Assembly: GCA_012520845.1 (NCBI GenBank)
Contig: JAAYNL010000010.1
Location: forward strand, 9,058 to 41,057
Length of the DNA: 32,000 nt
Direction: 5' to 3'
Source: Thermoplasmatales archaeon
Lineage (GTDB): Archaea > Thermoplasmatota > Thermoplasmata > Methanomassiliicoccales > Methanomethylophilaceae
The notes under the pieces are model-generated. The model saw only the letters and a list, made by a program, of their open reading frames with translations, was not told the origin of the DNA and searched no databases. The position numbers and the translations under genes are program-made. Of the stretch, positions 22,792-31,126 are shown one piece after another; positions within the stretch are counted from its first letter, which is position 1; each line of letters starts with the position of its first letter.

Positions 22792-23239
22792 GGTACCGAA
22801 TTCGGCGTGTGCGTATTAATCATTATGGAATGGCCGGCACACCGTTAGGCGATTCGACGGAGGCGGTTTTCCTGCCGCGTTTCCGATGTTTGCCCCCCCC
22901 CCACCCGATTCCTCCCAAACACGTCAACAGGGGCCTGTGTCGGGGATTTCCCATGGGATGGCGCCATCGCCAAACCATTCGTCCTGCATTCCGGAGACGG
23001 AAACGGGTAGCGTCGGAGGCGCTCGCGGCGTAACCGAGGATGCGAAAACCGTTGCGGGTTCGCAATCGATTGACGGAAACCGAGGTTGTCCATCCGTAAG
23101 TTTCGCAATAAGGCATTGAGGAGATTGACTCCCATATTTTAGAGTAATTTTACATTTTTTAGTGACTGACTTTGTAGTGATTTCACATTTTCATGGTACT
23201 CAAACAGATTATTATATATACTAACGTACATACGAAAGT

Positions 23240-24577
23240 ATGTATCGCGAAGCCTATGCGGAACTCGCTGAATGGAAGGAGGACCCGAACCGAAGCCCGC
23301 TGATGATGACGGGTGTCCGTCAGTGCGGAAAAACCTATCTTCTCAAAAAATTCACCGAAGAGAATTTCGAAGACGTTGCGTACTTCGATTTGGAAAGGGA
23401 AAGCTCGTTGTCGTCCGTGTTCGATGACGATCTCGACCCCCGAAGAATAATCGCGGAACTGGGCGCCATTAGGGGAAAGAGGATAACCCCTGGCGAGACC
23501 GTTCTGATCCTGGACGAGATACAGTCCTGCGGTCGAGCCATAACATCCCTGAAGTATTTTGACCAAGACATGCGGGAATTGGCCGTCATGGCCGCGGGTT
23601 CCCTCTTGGGAGTCTACATGTCCAAGGGTTCGTCGTACCCGGTAGGCAAAATCAGGACGGTCGACCTGAGACCAATGAGTTTCAGAGAGTTCTTCAGGGC
23701 AGCGGGCCACGGGAAAATAATCGATGCCGCCATGGAATCGGGAGGAAAAACCTCCATACCGAAATCCTTCGAAACAATCCTGGAAAGCCAACTCAAGACG
23801 TACATGATGGTCGGCGGCATGCCACGAATCGTGAAGGAATACCTTGCCAACGGGGACCTGTCCAAAACGGACAGGCTGCAAAGGCAGCTCGTCAGGGACT
23901 ACGAATCGGACATACTCCGACACGCTTCCGGATCGGAGTTTGCGAACGTCGCCCAAGTATGGGATTCCATACCGGCACAACTATCCAAGGAGAACCGTAA
24001 ATTCATCTTCGGCCACGTCAAGAAAGGAGCCAGAGCGAAGGATTTGGAGGCTTCTCTGAACTGGCTAACGTCCGCGGGCATCGCCCACAAGATTAGACTG
24101 GCGAAAAGGCCGGGCCTCCCGCTATCGTTTTTCACCGACGATTCCTATTACAAAATATACCTCTCGGACGTCGGCATCCTCAGGGCCCTGTGCGACGTAC
24201 CGTTTAGCGAAATCCTGAATCCTTCCGGCAGATACGCCTTGCAGATGGGCGCCATGGCGGAAAACTTCGTTCTGAACGAGCTTACCGATTTGGGCGCGTC
24301 GGAAATCCGGTTCTGGAGGGGAGGGACGTCGGAAGTGGATTTCATAGCGCTTCTGGACGGGAGGGTGGTTCCCTTCGAGGTCCATTCCGGAAAAGACGGA
24401 AGGTACGGCAGCCTTCGTGCATATATGGAAAAATACGAACCGGAAATCGCGGTCCTCACTACGATGAATCCTTATGCCGCGGGAAGGCCGCTGAAGCTGC
24501 CGCTGTACGCAATCTGGCTTCTTAGGAAAATACTGTCGCGGTCCGAAGAAGGTCTTCCGCCCGATGGCGGGATTTGA
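23240..24577 (+). CDS. AAA+ ATPase with C-terminal DUF4143 (COG1373-type)
   Basis: 445 aa. Walker A is GVRQCGKTYLL and Walker B is ILDEIQ. The C-terminal EVDFIALLDGRVVPFEVHSGK resembles the PD-(D/E)xK-like DUF4143 core. ATTATATA begins at 23211. GC is visibly lower than in the core genes. Confidence 0.75.
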   Translation: MYREAYAELAEWKEDPNRSPLMMTGVRQCGKTYLLKKFTEENFEDVAYFDLERESSLSSVFDDDLDPRRIIAELGAIRGKRITPGETVLILDEIQSCGRAITSLKYFDQDMRELAVMAAGSLLGVYMSKGSSYPVGKIRTVDLRPMSFREFFRAAGHGKIIDAAMESGGKTSIPKSFETILESQLKTYMMVGGMPRIVKEYLANGDLSKTDRLQRQLVRDYESDILRHASGSEFANVAQVWDSIPAQLSKENRKFIFGHVKKGARAKDLEASLNWLTSAGIAHKIRLAKRPGLPLSFFTDDSYYKIYLSDVGILRALCDVPFSEILNPSGRYALQMGAMAENFVLNELTDLGASEIRFWRGGTSEVDFIALLDGRVVPFEVHSGKDGRYGSLRAYMEKYEPEIAVLTTMNPYAAGRPLKLPLYAIWLLRKILSRSEEGLPPDGGI

Positions 24578-24812
24578 AAATGGGTTGCCGAGGTTTTTCC
24601 GAGGTTTCATTCTTTAACCGAACATTTAGCCAACCTTTGTCGGTTTGTTGACTGGCCTAACCACAACCTCGCCGCTTTGTCGATGGCGATAGGGTCCAAT
24701 CCATTCGTCGATTGTGCACGATGGGGCGTTCATAGGGAATGCATTAGCCACTTACCGAACGACATAAGGGGGTCAGGGCAACCCTTGAATACCCCCCGCA
24801 GCATCGGCAAAC

Positions 24813-25217
24813 ATGGCGTATACCCTCCTGGACCACACGGCGGACGCCTACGTCCTGTGCGAGGCGGGGACCCTCGAGGAATGTTTCGCCTGCGCCGCGT
24901 ACGCCATGTACGACCAGATGGTCGACGCGTCCCTCGTTTCCCCGACGGAGAGGGTGGACGTGTCCGTGGGGGGCGGGACCCTCGAGGAGAGGCTCTTCAA
25001 CCTCCTGTCCGAATTCATCTTCATCACGGACGTCGACGGTCTCGTATTCTCGTCCTTCGAGGTGCGTTTCGACGGCGACCGCGTCGAGTGCGTCGCCATG
25101 GGCGAGCCCCTTGACCTGAAAAGGCACAGACCCAAGACCGAGGTCAAGGCCGTCACCTACCATGGCATGGAAATCGATCCCGACGCGCCCAGCGTCGCCG
25201 TGCTCTTCGACCTCTGA
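24813..25217 (+). CDS. Archease (RtcB ligase activator family)
   Basis: 134 aa. Carries the N-terminal LDHTADAYV motif and the C-terminal KAVTYHGMEI motif. Confidence 0.85.
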   Translation: MAYTLLDHTADAYVLCEAGTLEECFACAAYAMYDQMVDASLVSPTERVDVSVGGGTLEERLFNLLSEFIFITDVDGLVFSSFEVRFDGDRVECVAMGEPLDLKRHRPKTEVKAVTYHGMEIDPDAPSVAVLFDL

Positions 25218-25250
25218 CACGTTAAATACTACCGCGCCGTTGTTGCGGCG

Positions 25251-26075
25251 ATGCTAAGGCTGGGCTGGTTTTCCACGGGCAGGGGACCGGGGTCCCGCAA
25301 CCTCCTCAGGGAGGTCATGGAGCGGAAGAACGACGGTTCCCTGGACGTCTCCCTGTCCTTCGTTTTCTGCAACTGGGACAACACGGAGGATCCCAACCCG
25401 AGGAGGGACCAGAGGGAGATGTTCTTCGACATGGTCCGCGGCTACGGCATCCCGTTGGTGACGGAGTCCTGGAAGACCTTCAGGCCCGACCTCTGGGACA
25501 GCGACCAGGCCGCCTGGAGGGACGAGTACGGCAAAAGGCTCCGGGAGGCCACCGGCGAATACGGTTTCGATCTGGGCATCCTCGCCGGGTACATGCTGTG
25601 GATCGACGACGCGACCTGCGAGGAGTACGACCTGCTGAACCTTCATCCGGCCCTGCCGGACGGCCCAAAGGGGACGTGGCAGGAGGTCATCTGGCGATTG
25701 ATCAGGGAGGGCGCCGACCGCCAGGGGGCCATGATGCACGTCTGCACCCCGGACTGGGACCGGGGCGCCGCCATAACGTATTGCGGGTTCCCCATAAGGG
25801 GCCCCGAGTACGATGGCCTGTGGGAGGCGTTCCGGGAGAAACTGAAAATGAGGTCCTTCGAGGAAATCATAGCCGACGAGGGCGTGAACGAACCGCTGTT
25901 CGCCAAGATACGGGCTGAGGGCGCCAGGAGGGAGTTGCCCCTGATCGTCGAGACCATAAGGCTGTTCGCGGACGGCAAGGTCTCCATGATCGACAAGGAA
26001 CTGCACGCTGGCGGCGCCCGGCTCGACGGGCCGTACGACCTGTCCGCGGAAGTGGATTCCGCCCTGGGGGTATGA
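25251..26075 (+). CDS. Formyltransferase-family protein (long PurN-like variant)
   Basis: 274 aa. Glycine-rich N-terminus GWFSTGRGPGSRNLL. LLNLHPALPDGPKG matches the N-x-HPSLLP motif. An Asp context lies in HVCTPDWDRGAAI. It is about 70 aa longer than canonical PurN. GTTAAATA at 25221 is 30 nt upstream of the ATG. Confidence 0.6.
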   Translation: MLRLGWFSTGRGPGSRNLLREVMERKNDGSLDVSLSFVFCNWDNTEDPNPRRDQREMFFDMVRGYGIPLVTESWKTFRPDLWDSDQAAWRDEYGKRLREATGEYGFDLGILAGYMLWIDDATCEEYDLLNLHPALPDGPKGTWQEVIWRLIREGADRQGAMMHVCTPDWDRGAAITYCGFPIRGPEYDGLWEAFREKLKMRSFEEIIADEGVNEPLFAKIRAEGARRELPLIVETIRLFADGKVSMIDKELHAGGARLDGPYDLSAEVDSALGV

Positions 26076-26076
26076 G

Positions 26077-27186
26077 ATGGAATACAACCCGATGGCGGAG
26101 CTGGGTCTTCCCGAGTTCGACAAGCAGTTCATGTGCTCCAGCCTCGGCTTCGTCACCTGGAACTCCCTCACCAAGGACCTCTGCTCGAGATACGTCAGGA
26201 ACGGAAACAGGGTGTTCGACGTGCTGAGGCGTTACGAGACGATAGGCGCCTTCGCCCTGTCCCGCCAGAATTTCCCCTCGGTCAACAAGATGGCCCTGCC
26301 CTTCATCCACGCGGGCGGCGTCACGGACCACGACGCCTACGCCATGGCCGAGAGCGGCCTGAAACTCGTGGACGGCGCCGCCAGGGCGCTAAGGTACGTC
26401 AACGGCCTGATGCCGGCCTTCATCAGCACCAACGCCTACGAGCACCAGATGATGGCCGTTTGCGAGGAAAGCGGGTTCCCGTTCAGCAACGTCAACTGCA
26501 TGAGGGTGTCCTTCGACGAGATGAACATTACCAAGGGCGACGCCAGGAGAATCAGGTCCGCGGGCACGAAAATAACGAGCCTGCCCGTTTCCAACCAGGA
26601 CTATTCCGGCGGGAGGATGAAATACCTGGACGGCGCCGACTCCGCCCTGGTCGACGTCCTGGACAGGTTCCAGGAGAAGGACCTGATGAAAATGGAGTCG
26701 GTGACCGACGCCCTCGGCAAGCTGCCATCCCTGGGCGTCAACGAGAAGGCGTACGTCCTGCTGGAGACCAGGAAAAGGACGGAAATCAACTTCGAGGACA
26801 CCGCGTACGTCGGGAGCGATTCCTCGGACTTCCAGGCGATGGACATGGTCAAGGATTCCGACGGGCTTTCCGTGGCGTTCAACGGCACGGAATACGCCGT
26901 GAGGGGTTCCAACGTCGCGGTCGTCGGGGACGACGCCACCGTCGTCTCCGTCCTGGTGGCGGAATTCTACAACGGCGGGATCGAGGCGGTGTTTTCCCTG
27001 CTGGAACGTTGGGACGCCGATTCCCTGAGAAGGGTCCCATGCGCCGACAGGAACCTCATGGACGCCATGCTCAAGGCGTCCGGCGGGAACCTGCCCAAGG
27101 TAATCAAGACCGACGACGCGGACGAAGGCGCGTTGGAGGGTTTCATCTCCGACAGCCTTTCCCATAGGGCGAAAAACGGACTCTGA
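26077..27186 (+). CDS. Hypothetical protein (369 aa), co-transcribed with the PurN-like gene
   Basis: The ATG lies 1 nt after the upstream stop. Composition is ordinary and globular. There is only a weak resemblance to HAD-like motif IV (YVGSDSSDF), and I could not find a DxDxT motif I. Function unknown. Confidence 0.6.
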   Translation: MEYNPMAELGLPEFDKQFMCSSLGFVTWNSLTKDLCSRYVRNGNRVFDVLRRYETIGAFALSRQNFPSVNKMALPFIHAGGVTDHDAYAMAESGLKLVDGAARALRYVNGLMPAFISTNAYEHQMMAVCEESGFPFSNVNCMRVSFDEMNITKGDARRIRSAGTKITSLPVSNQDYSGGRMKYLDGADSALVDVLDRFQEKDLMKMESVTDALGKLPSLGVNEKAYVLLETRKRTEINFEDTAYVGSDSSDFQAMDMVKDSDGLSVAFNGTEYAVRGSNVAVVGDDATVVSVLVAEFYNGGIEAVFSLLERWDADSLRRVPCADRNLMDAMLKASGGNLPKVIKTDDADEGALEGFISDSLSHRAKNGL

Positions 27187-27206
27187 ACGGGGTTCGGGGA
27201 AGGATT

Positions 27207-27284
27207 TGGTGCTCGCGCCGGGATTCGAACCCGGGTGTCCGCCTCGAAAGGGCGGAATGATTGGCCTGGCTACACTACACGAGC
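27207..27284 (-). tRNA. tRNA-Glu (anticodon UUC), CCA encoded
   Basis: The reverse complement reads GCTCGTG TA GTGTAGCCAGGCCAATCAT T CCGCC CTTTCGA GGCGG ACAC CCGGG TTCGAAT CCCGG CGCGAGC A CCA. It has a 7-bp acceptor stem (one G-U), the GTTCGAATC T-loop, and anticodon loop C-T-TTC-G-A. Confidence 0.92.
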
Positions 27285-27307
27285 GTGCGCAAGCCATAAT
27301 GGATGTG

Positions 27308-27314
27308 ATTTAAA
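27308..27314 (-). promoter_or_regulatory. TATA box of tRNA-Glu (TTTAAAT on the minus strand)
   Basis: The first T (27314) lies exactly 30 nt upstream of the tRNA 5' end (27284). It sits in the 56-nt gap after the ligase stop. Confidence 0.55.
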
Positions 27315-27340
27315 ACGTTTTGGTACGGCCCGCGGTACCC

Positions 27341-29098
27341 TCATTCCGCGGCCGGATCGAGTTGCATGCGGTACATCGCCACCAGTTCCGCCACGGTCGT
27401 GGCGTCCTCCGGGGCCTTGTCGTCCCTGACCCTGCCGGTGAACCTCGGGAACCTTATCCCGACGCCGGAACCCTCCCTGAACACGCCCATCGCGGCGGTG
27501 TGTATCGGGCTGACGCTCATCTCCGCCCCCGCGACCTCCAGGACGACGGCCGGCTCCACCCAGACGTCGGGTTTCATCTCCGCGTCCACGTGCTTGGGGG
27601 CGGAATCCGTCTCCCACCCCTCCAGCATGCCCGGCAGGGCTTCCAGGAACGCGTCGTCGAAACCCGTGCCCAGCTTGCACACGGTTCCGTACCTTCCGGT
27701 ATCCTCGTCGTAGACGGCCATTAGCAACGCCCCGTACAGGCCCGCCCTCTTCCCGCGGCCGTGGAACGCACCCACCACCACCAGGTCGAACGTGTCGGCC
27801 AGGTCGCTCCTGTAATCCCTCTTGTATTTTATCCAGAGGAAACCCCGGGACCCGGCCCGGTACACGGAGTCGTCGTTGAGGGATTTCGCCATTATGCCCT
27901 CGCATTTCTTCGCGAGGGCGCCGTCGAAGAACGCGTCGGCCTCCCCCTCCGAGGACACGACCTCCAGATGGGTCAAACCGAGGTCCCCGCCCAGCTCGAA
28001 CGCGTCGGCCAGGGCCGCCCTCCGCTCCGGGAAGGGTTTCACCGTGTAGTCGACGCCGTCAGCGTAGAGCAGGTCGAACATGAAGAGCCTCACGGGCACC
28101 TTCATCACGGCCTCGGCCATGTTGTGCTTCCTCCTCCTGAGGGTGACGTTCTGGAACGGGAGCATCGCTTCCGTCTCCGGGTCGACGGCAACGCATTCCC
28201 CCTCCACTATGAGCGTCCCGTGGCGGCACCTTTCCCTGAGGGATTCCACGATGTCCGGGAAATTGGGGGTGAGGTCCTCCAGCCGCCTGGAGTAGAGCTT
28301 GACGCCGTCGGGGGAGATGTGGGCCTGCACCCTTATCCCGTCGTATTTGTACTCGAGGGCGCACCTGCCGCCCATCCTCCCCAGGATCTCGCCGAGGGAC
28401 GGCAGCCTCTCGGCCAACATCACCTTTATCGGGTTGCCGACGCCCACCTTGATTTCCCGCACCGCGTCCAAACCGCCGGTCGCGAGGGCCTCGGCGACGA
28501 GGCCCAGGTCGGAAGTGACGTTGAACGCCCTCTCGATCTCGTCCCTGTCGGATTTCTCGGCGAAGGCAATCGCCAAGGCGTCCAGCATCGTCATCGACGC
28601 CACGCCTATCCTCATCCTCCCGGCCACGATCCTGCAGATGTACCTGGCCTCCACGGGGTCCGAGTTGTGCAGCAGGTTGGCGAGGAGTTTCATCTTCTTG
28701 TCCTGGGAATCCCTGCCCTCGGCGTTGGCGATGGCCGTCAGCACCTCTATCACCCTGCCCAGGGTGAGCTTCTCGGAGAAGAGCGTCGTCTGCTTCTTCC
28801 TCCCCAGGAGCCTTTCCGCCACCGCGCCGGGGTCGCCGAGCTCGAACCATAGGGCCTCCGTCGCCGCGTCCGTGTCCCCGGAGGTGAAGGATATCGCCTT
28901 GAGGACCAGCCGGTCGGCCATGCCGAACTCCTTGGTGGCGAACTCAGGCCCGAGCCTGCCCTGGGACAGGTAGACCATGGACTTGAGCTCGCCCGGCCCC
29001 GCCTTGGAAAAGTAATCGGCCATGATGTCGGCCATCTCGAGCCTGCTGCTCGTGGATTCGAGTCTGTCGAACATGCCCGCCACGACGGAGAAATCCAT
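27341..29098 (-). CDS. lig: ATP-dependent DNA ligase (Lig1 family)
   Basis: 585 aa. Adenylation motif I is EYKYDGIRVQ. It has an N-terminal DNA-binding domain, motif V LMAVYD...KLGTGF and an OB-fold C-terminus. CGTTATAA on the minus strand begins at 29128, 30 nt upstream of the ATG. Confidence 0.92.
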   Translation of the reverse strand: MDFSVVAGMFDRLESTSSRLEMADIMADYFSKAGPGELKSMVYLSQGRLGPEFATKEFGMADRLVLKAISFTSGDTDAATEALWFELGDPGAVAERLLGRKKQTTLFSEKLTLGRVIEVLTAIANAEGRDSQDKKMKLLANLLHNSDPVEARYICRIVAGRMRIGVASMTMLDALAIAFAEKSDRDEIERAFNVTSDLGLVAEALATGGLDAVREIKVGVGNPIKVMLAERLPSLGEILGRMGGRCALEYKYDGIRVQAHISPDGVKLYSRRLEDLTPNFPDIVESLRERCRHGTLIVEGECVAVDPETEAMLPFQNVTLRRRKHNMAEAVMKVPVRLFMFDLLYADGVDYTVKPFPERRAALADAFELGGDLGLTHLEVVSSEGEADAFFDGALAKKCEGIMAKSLNDDSVYRAGSRGFLWIKYKRDYRSDLADTFDLVVVGAFHGRGKRAGLYGALLMAVYDEDTGRYGTVCKLGTGFDDAFLEALPGMLEGWETDSAPKHVDAEMKPDVWVEPAVVLEVAGAEMSVSPIHTAAMGVFREGSGVGIRFPRFTGRVRDDKAPEDATTVAELVAMYRMQLDPAAE

Positions 29099-29134
29099 GC
29101 CTCCCGATTCCGCTCGCCCGTTATAACGCTTTAC

Positions 29135-30688
29135 TCAGAAATCGCCGAGGCTGCGTTGTTTCTCGATATGTTCCAGCTTCCTTTTTTTGTGCATGCCCGC
29201 CCCGACCTTCCCTATGCGGTCGCGCATGGCCGTCTCCTTCTTCTCGCTGGTCCTCTCGAACGCCTCGTCCCTGGTGCCCTCGGCTATCAACACGTACACG
29301 GTGCCCGTGCTCTTCCTCCCGGTCCTGCCCCGCCTCTGTATCGTCCGTATCTCGGACGGTACCGGTTCGTAGAAGACGACGGCGTCGGTGTTGGCCACGT
29401 CGAGGCCCTCCTCGCCCACGGACGTGGATACGATAACGTTCAGCTCGCCGGCGCGGAAACGGTCCAGGAGCTCGATCTGCTCCCTCTGCCTAAGGCCGCC
29501 CTTGGACTGGCCGATCAGTTTGCCGACCCTCGCCCCCGGCATTCCGGACAGCTTCTCCTCCAGCATGTCGCAGGTGTCCCTGTATTGGGCGAAGACGATG
29601 ACTTTGGAACCCGGGTCGGCGGAAAGCGCCCTGCTCACGATGCCCATGACCCTGGAAACCTTTGGATGCTCGGTGTTGCTCGAGTTCGCGATTTCCCTGG
29701 CCCTGCCGAAGTCCGGCATGCCGTACAGCTCCTTGGAGCTCTTGGAGCTTTTCCTGCCGGCGACCTCCCCGTCGATCTTCGCTATGTAGTTGCGCAGTGC
29801 GGTCATCCCCTGGGTCTCCGCCAGCCCGATGGCGTGCAGTATCTTCACGCAGATCGATTGGACGGCGAGGCCGCGGAACACTATGTTGGTCTTCTCCCCG
29901 GAGGAAAGCCTGGCCTGAAGGGACCTGCCGATGGTAAGCATGTGCCTGGTCGAGGCGGGCCAATTCGGGTTTGCCAGGCCGAGGGAGACGAGTTCCCCCA
30001 TGTATCTGTTCAGGAGCTTGTTGAGGCTTGCTATGACTTCCTCGAGGTCCGCCGGGAGCTTCATGCGCACCTTCTCCACGTGGGTATCGTACACGTAGGG
30101 GGAGACGCCCGGGTCGTCCTCGTCCCTGGCGTCGATGGCCTCGAAGCCCAGGTTGCCGCAGATCTCGTTGATCCTCTCGGCGTCGCTCCCGGGGGACGCG
30201 GTCATGCCCATGGAAAGCCCCCCCATGTAATGCCTGGCGATCCCGACGTAGGCGTAGTTGCCCACCCCGCGGTGGGCCTCGTCGTAGATCACCAGGCCGA
30301 AACCGCCCAAATCGTACAGGGAATTGTCCAGATCGTTCTCGACGGCCTGGGGGGTGGACACGACGACGTCGGCCGTGGCGACGATCTCCTTCCTCTTCGC
30401 GGGCGGCACGTTCCCCGTCACGGATGCCACGACGACGTCGGAAAGGAACCTGGAAAAGGACTCGGAGTGCTGGTCGACCAGCGGCCTCGTCGGCGCCAGC
30501 AGCAGCACCCTGCCCCCGGAGGAGAGGACGTGGGCGGCCACCATCGCGGCCACGGCGGTCTTGCCGAGCCCCGTCGGCAATATTATCAGGGTGCTCCGTT
30601 TGATGCACCCCTCGGCCATGGAGATTTGGTAAAGCCTCCTCTCCATGGTGCCCGGGGCGATGCCCTGCCTGGTGACGTAACCCTCCAT
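29135..30688 (-). CDS. hef: Hef/FANCM-like SF2 helicase (helicase module only, no nuclease domain)
   Basis: 517 aa. Motif I is LPTGLGKT, motif II is YDEAHRGVG (DEAH), motif VI is QRRGRTGR. It ends with a basic tail and QRSLGDF. TTTAAACC on the minus strand begins at 30718, 30 nt upstream of ATG 30688. Alternative ATG at 30646. Confidence 0.8.
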   Translation of the reverse strand: MEGYVTRQGIAPGTMERRLYQISMAEGCIKRSTLIILPTGLGKTAVAAMVAAHVLSSGGRVLLLAPTRPLVDQHSESFSRFLSDVVVASVTGNVPPAKRKEIVATADVVVSTPQAVENDLDNSLYDLGGFGLVIYDEAHRGVGNYAYVGIARHYMGGLSMGMTASPGSDAERINEICGNLGFEAIDARDEDDPGVSPYVYDTHVEKVRMKLPADLEEVIASLNKLLNRYMGELVSLGLANPNWPASTRHMLTIGRSLQARLSSGEKTNIVFRGLAVQSICVKILHAIGLAETQGMTALRNYIAKIDGEVAGRKSSKSSKELYGMPDFGRAREIANSSNTEHPKVSRVMGIVSRALSADPGSKVIVFAQYRDTCDMLEEKLSGMPGARVGKLIGQSKGGLRQREQIELLDRFRAGELNVIVSTSVGEEGLDVANTDAVVFYEPVPSEIRTIQRRGRTGRKSTGTVYVLIAEGTRDEAFERTSEKKETAMRDRIGKVGAGMHKKRKLEHIEKQRSLGDF

Positions 30689-30730
30689 CGTCCACCGATG
30701 GGGCTTGACGGGTTTAAAACCAGCCCGGCA

Positions 30731-31054
30731 TCAGCTGCAGCCGCCGCCGCAGGAGGAGCAGCCCTTGGCGGTGGGGTCCGTTATGGTGAGGCCGGAGCCG
30801 AAGTTGGGGTCGTCGACGAAGGCTATCTCGCAGGGCGCCAGGATTTTCTTGGTCTCGTCGTCCGTGAAGAAGGACAGGCCCTTCATCTTCAGCACCTCGT
30901 CGCCCTCGGCGGCCTTCTCCTGGAAAGCCATGCCGAACTGGGGGCCGGAGCAAGCCATGCCGGAGAAGTAGATTTTGATGCCCCACCCGGACTTGCCGTT
31001 CTTCTCGAGGAGGTCGTTGATGAATTTCACTGCGTCGTCGGATATGCTGACCAT
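30731..31054 (-). CDS. HesB/IscA-family iron-sulfur cluster insertion protein
   Basis: The start is placed at ATG 31054 (MVSISDDAVKFINDLL...), giving 107 aa. Cys ligands lie in GMACSGP and the C-terminal GCSSCGGGCS. ATTAAATA on the minus strand begins at 31090 and would overlap the longer track start at 31093. Confidence 0.8.
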   Translation of the reverse strand: MVSISDDAVKFINDLLEKNGKSGWGIKIYFSGMACSGPQFGMAFQEKAAEGDEVLKMKGLSFFTDDETKKILAPCEIAFVDDPNFGSGLTITDPTAKGCSSCGGGCS

Positions 31055-31126
31055 ATGTATCGCCCATTGAACATTCGCATCGTATTTAATCATAGCCCAT
31101 TTACGAAAACGGCGCTGGGTCTCCCC

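Noticed and set aside
22830-23180. Possibility that the GC-rich non-coding block is SRP (7S) RNA or RNase P RNA, given its ~300-nt size and a GAAA-capped hairpin followed by ...GGTAGCG.
   Set aside because: I could not find the near-invariant helix-8 motif (AGG...GNAR...AGCA in correct register), the Alu-domain UGUNR motif, or long 5'/3' terminal pairing. The RNase P CR-I sequence GAGGAAAGTCC is also absent. It is kept only as an unassigned candidate.
23032-24607. Recurrence of CCGAGG(T/A)T (23034, 23081, 24588, 24599) on both sides of the AAA+ ATPase gene as possible insertion repeats.
   Set aside because: These are only 8-mers, are not in a consistent terminal position, and the right-hand copies are a local tandem. 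This is not enough to call att sites or terminal repeats.
1205-27297. Other long alternative-frame or antisense ORFs: 1205..2380(-), 473..1192(-), 3786..4814(-), 8699..10093(-), 11318..12430(+), 16200..17081(-), 16349..17158 (upstream part of the cfbB frame), 17231..18430(-), 19380..20375(-), 22051..22848(+), 26133..27167(+), 26389..27297(-), 27761..28852(+).
   Set aside because: Each overlaps a gene with strong family motifs on the other strand or in another frame. Each has the low-complexity Arg/Gly/Pro/His-rich composition expected from out-of-frame reading of GC-rich coding DNA. None has a TATA element at -30 or a coupling signal.
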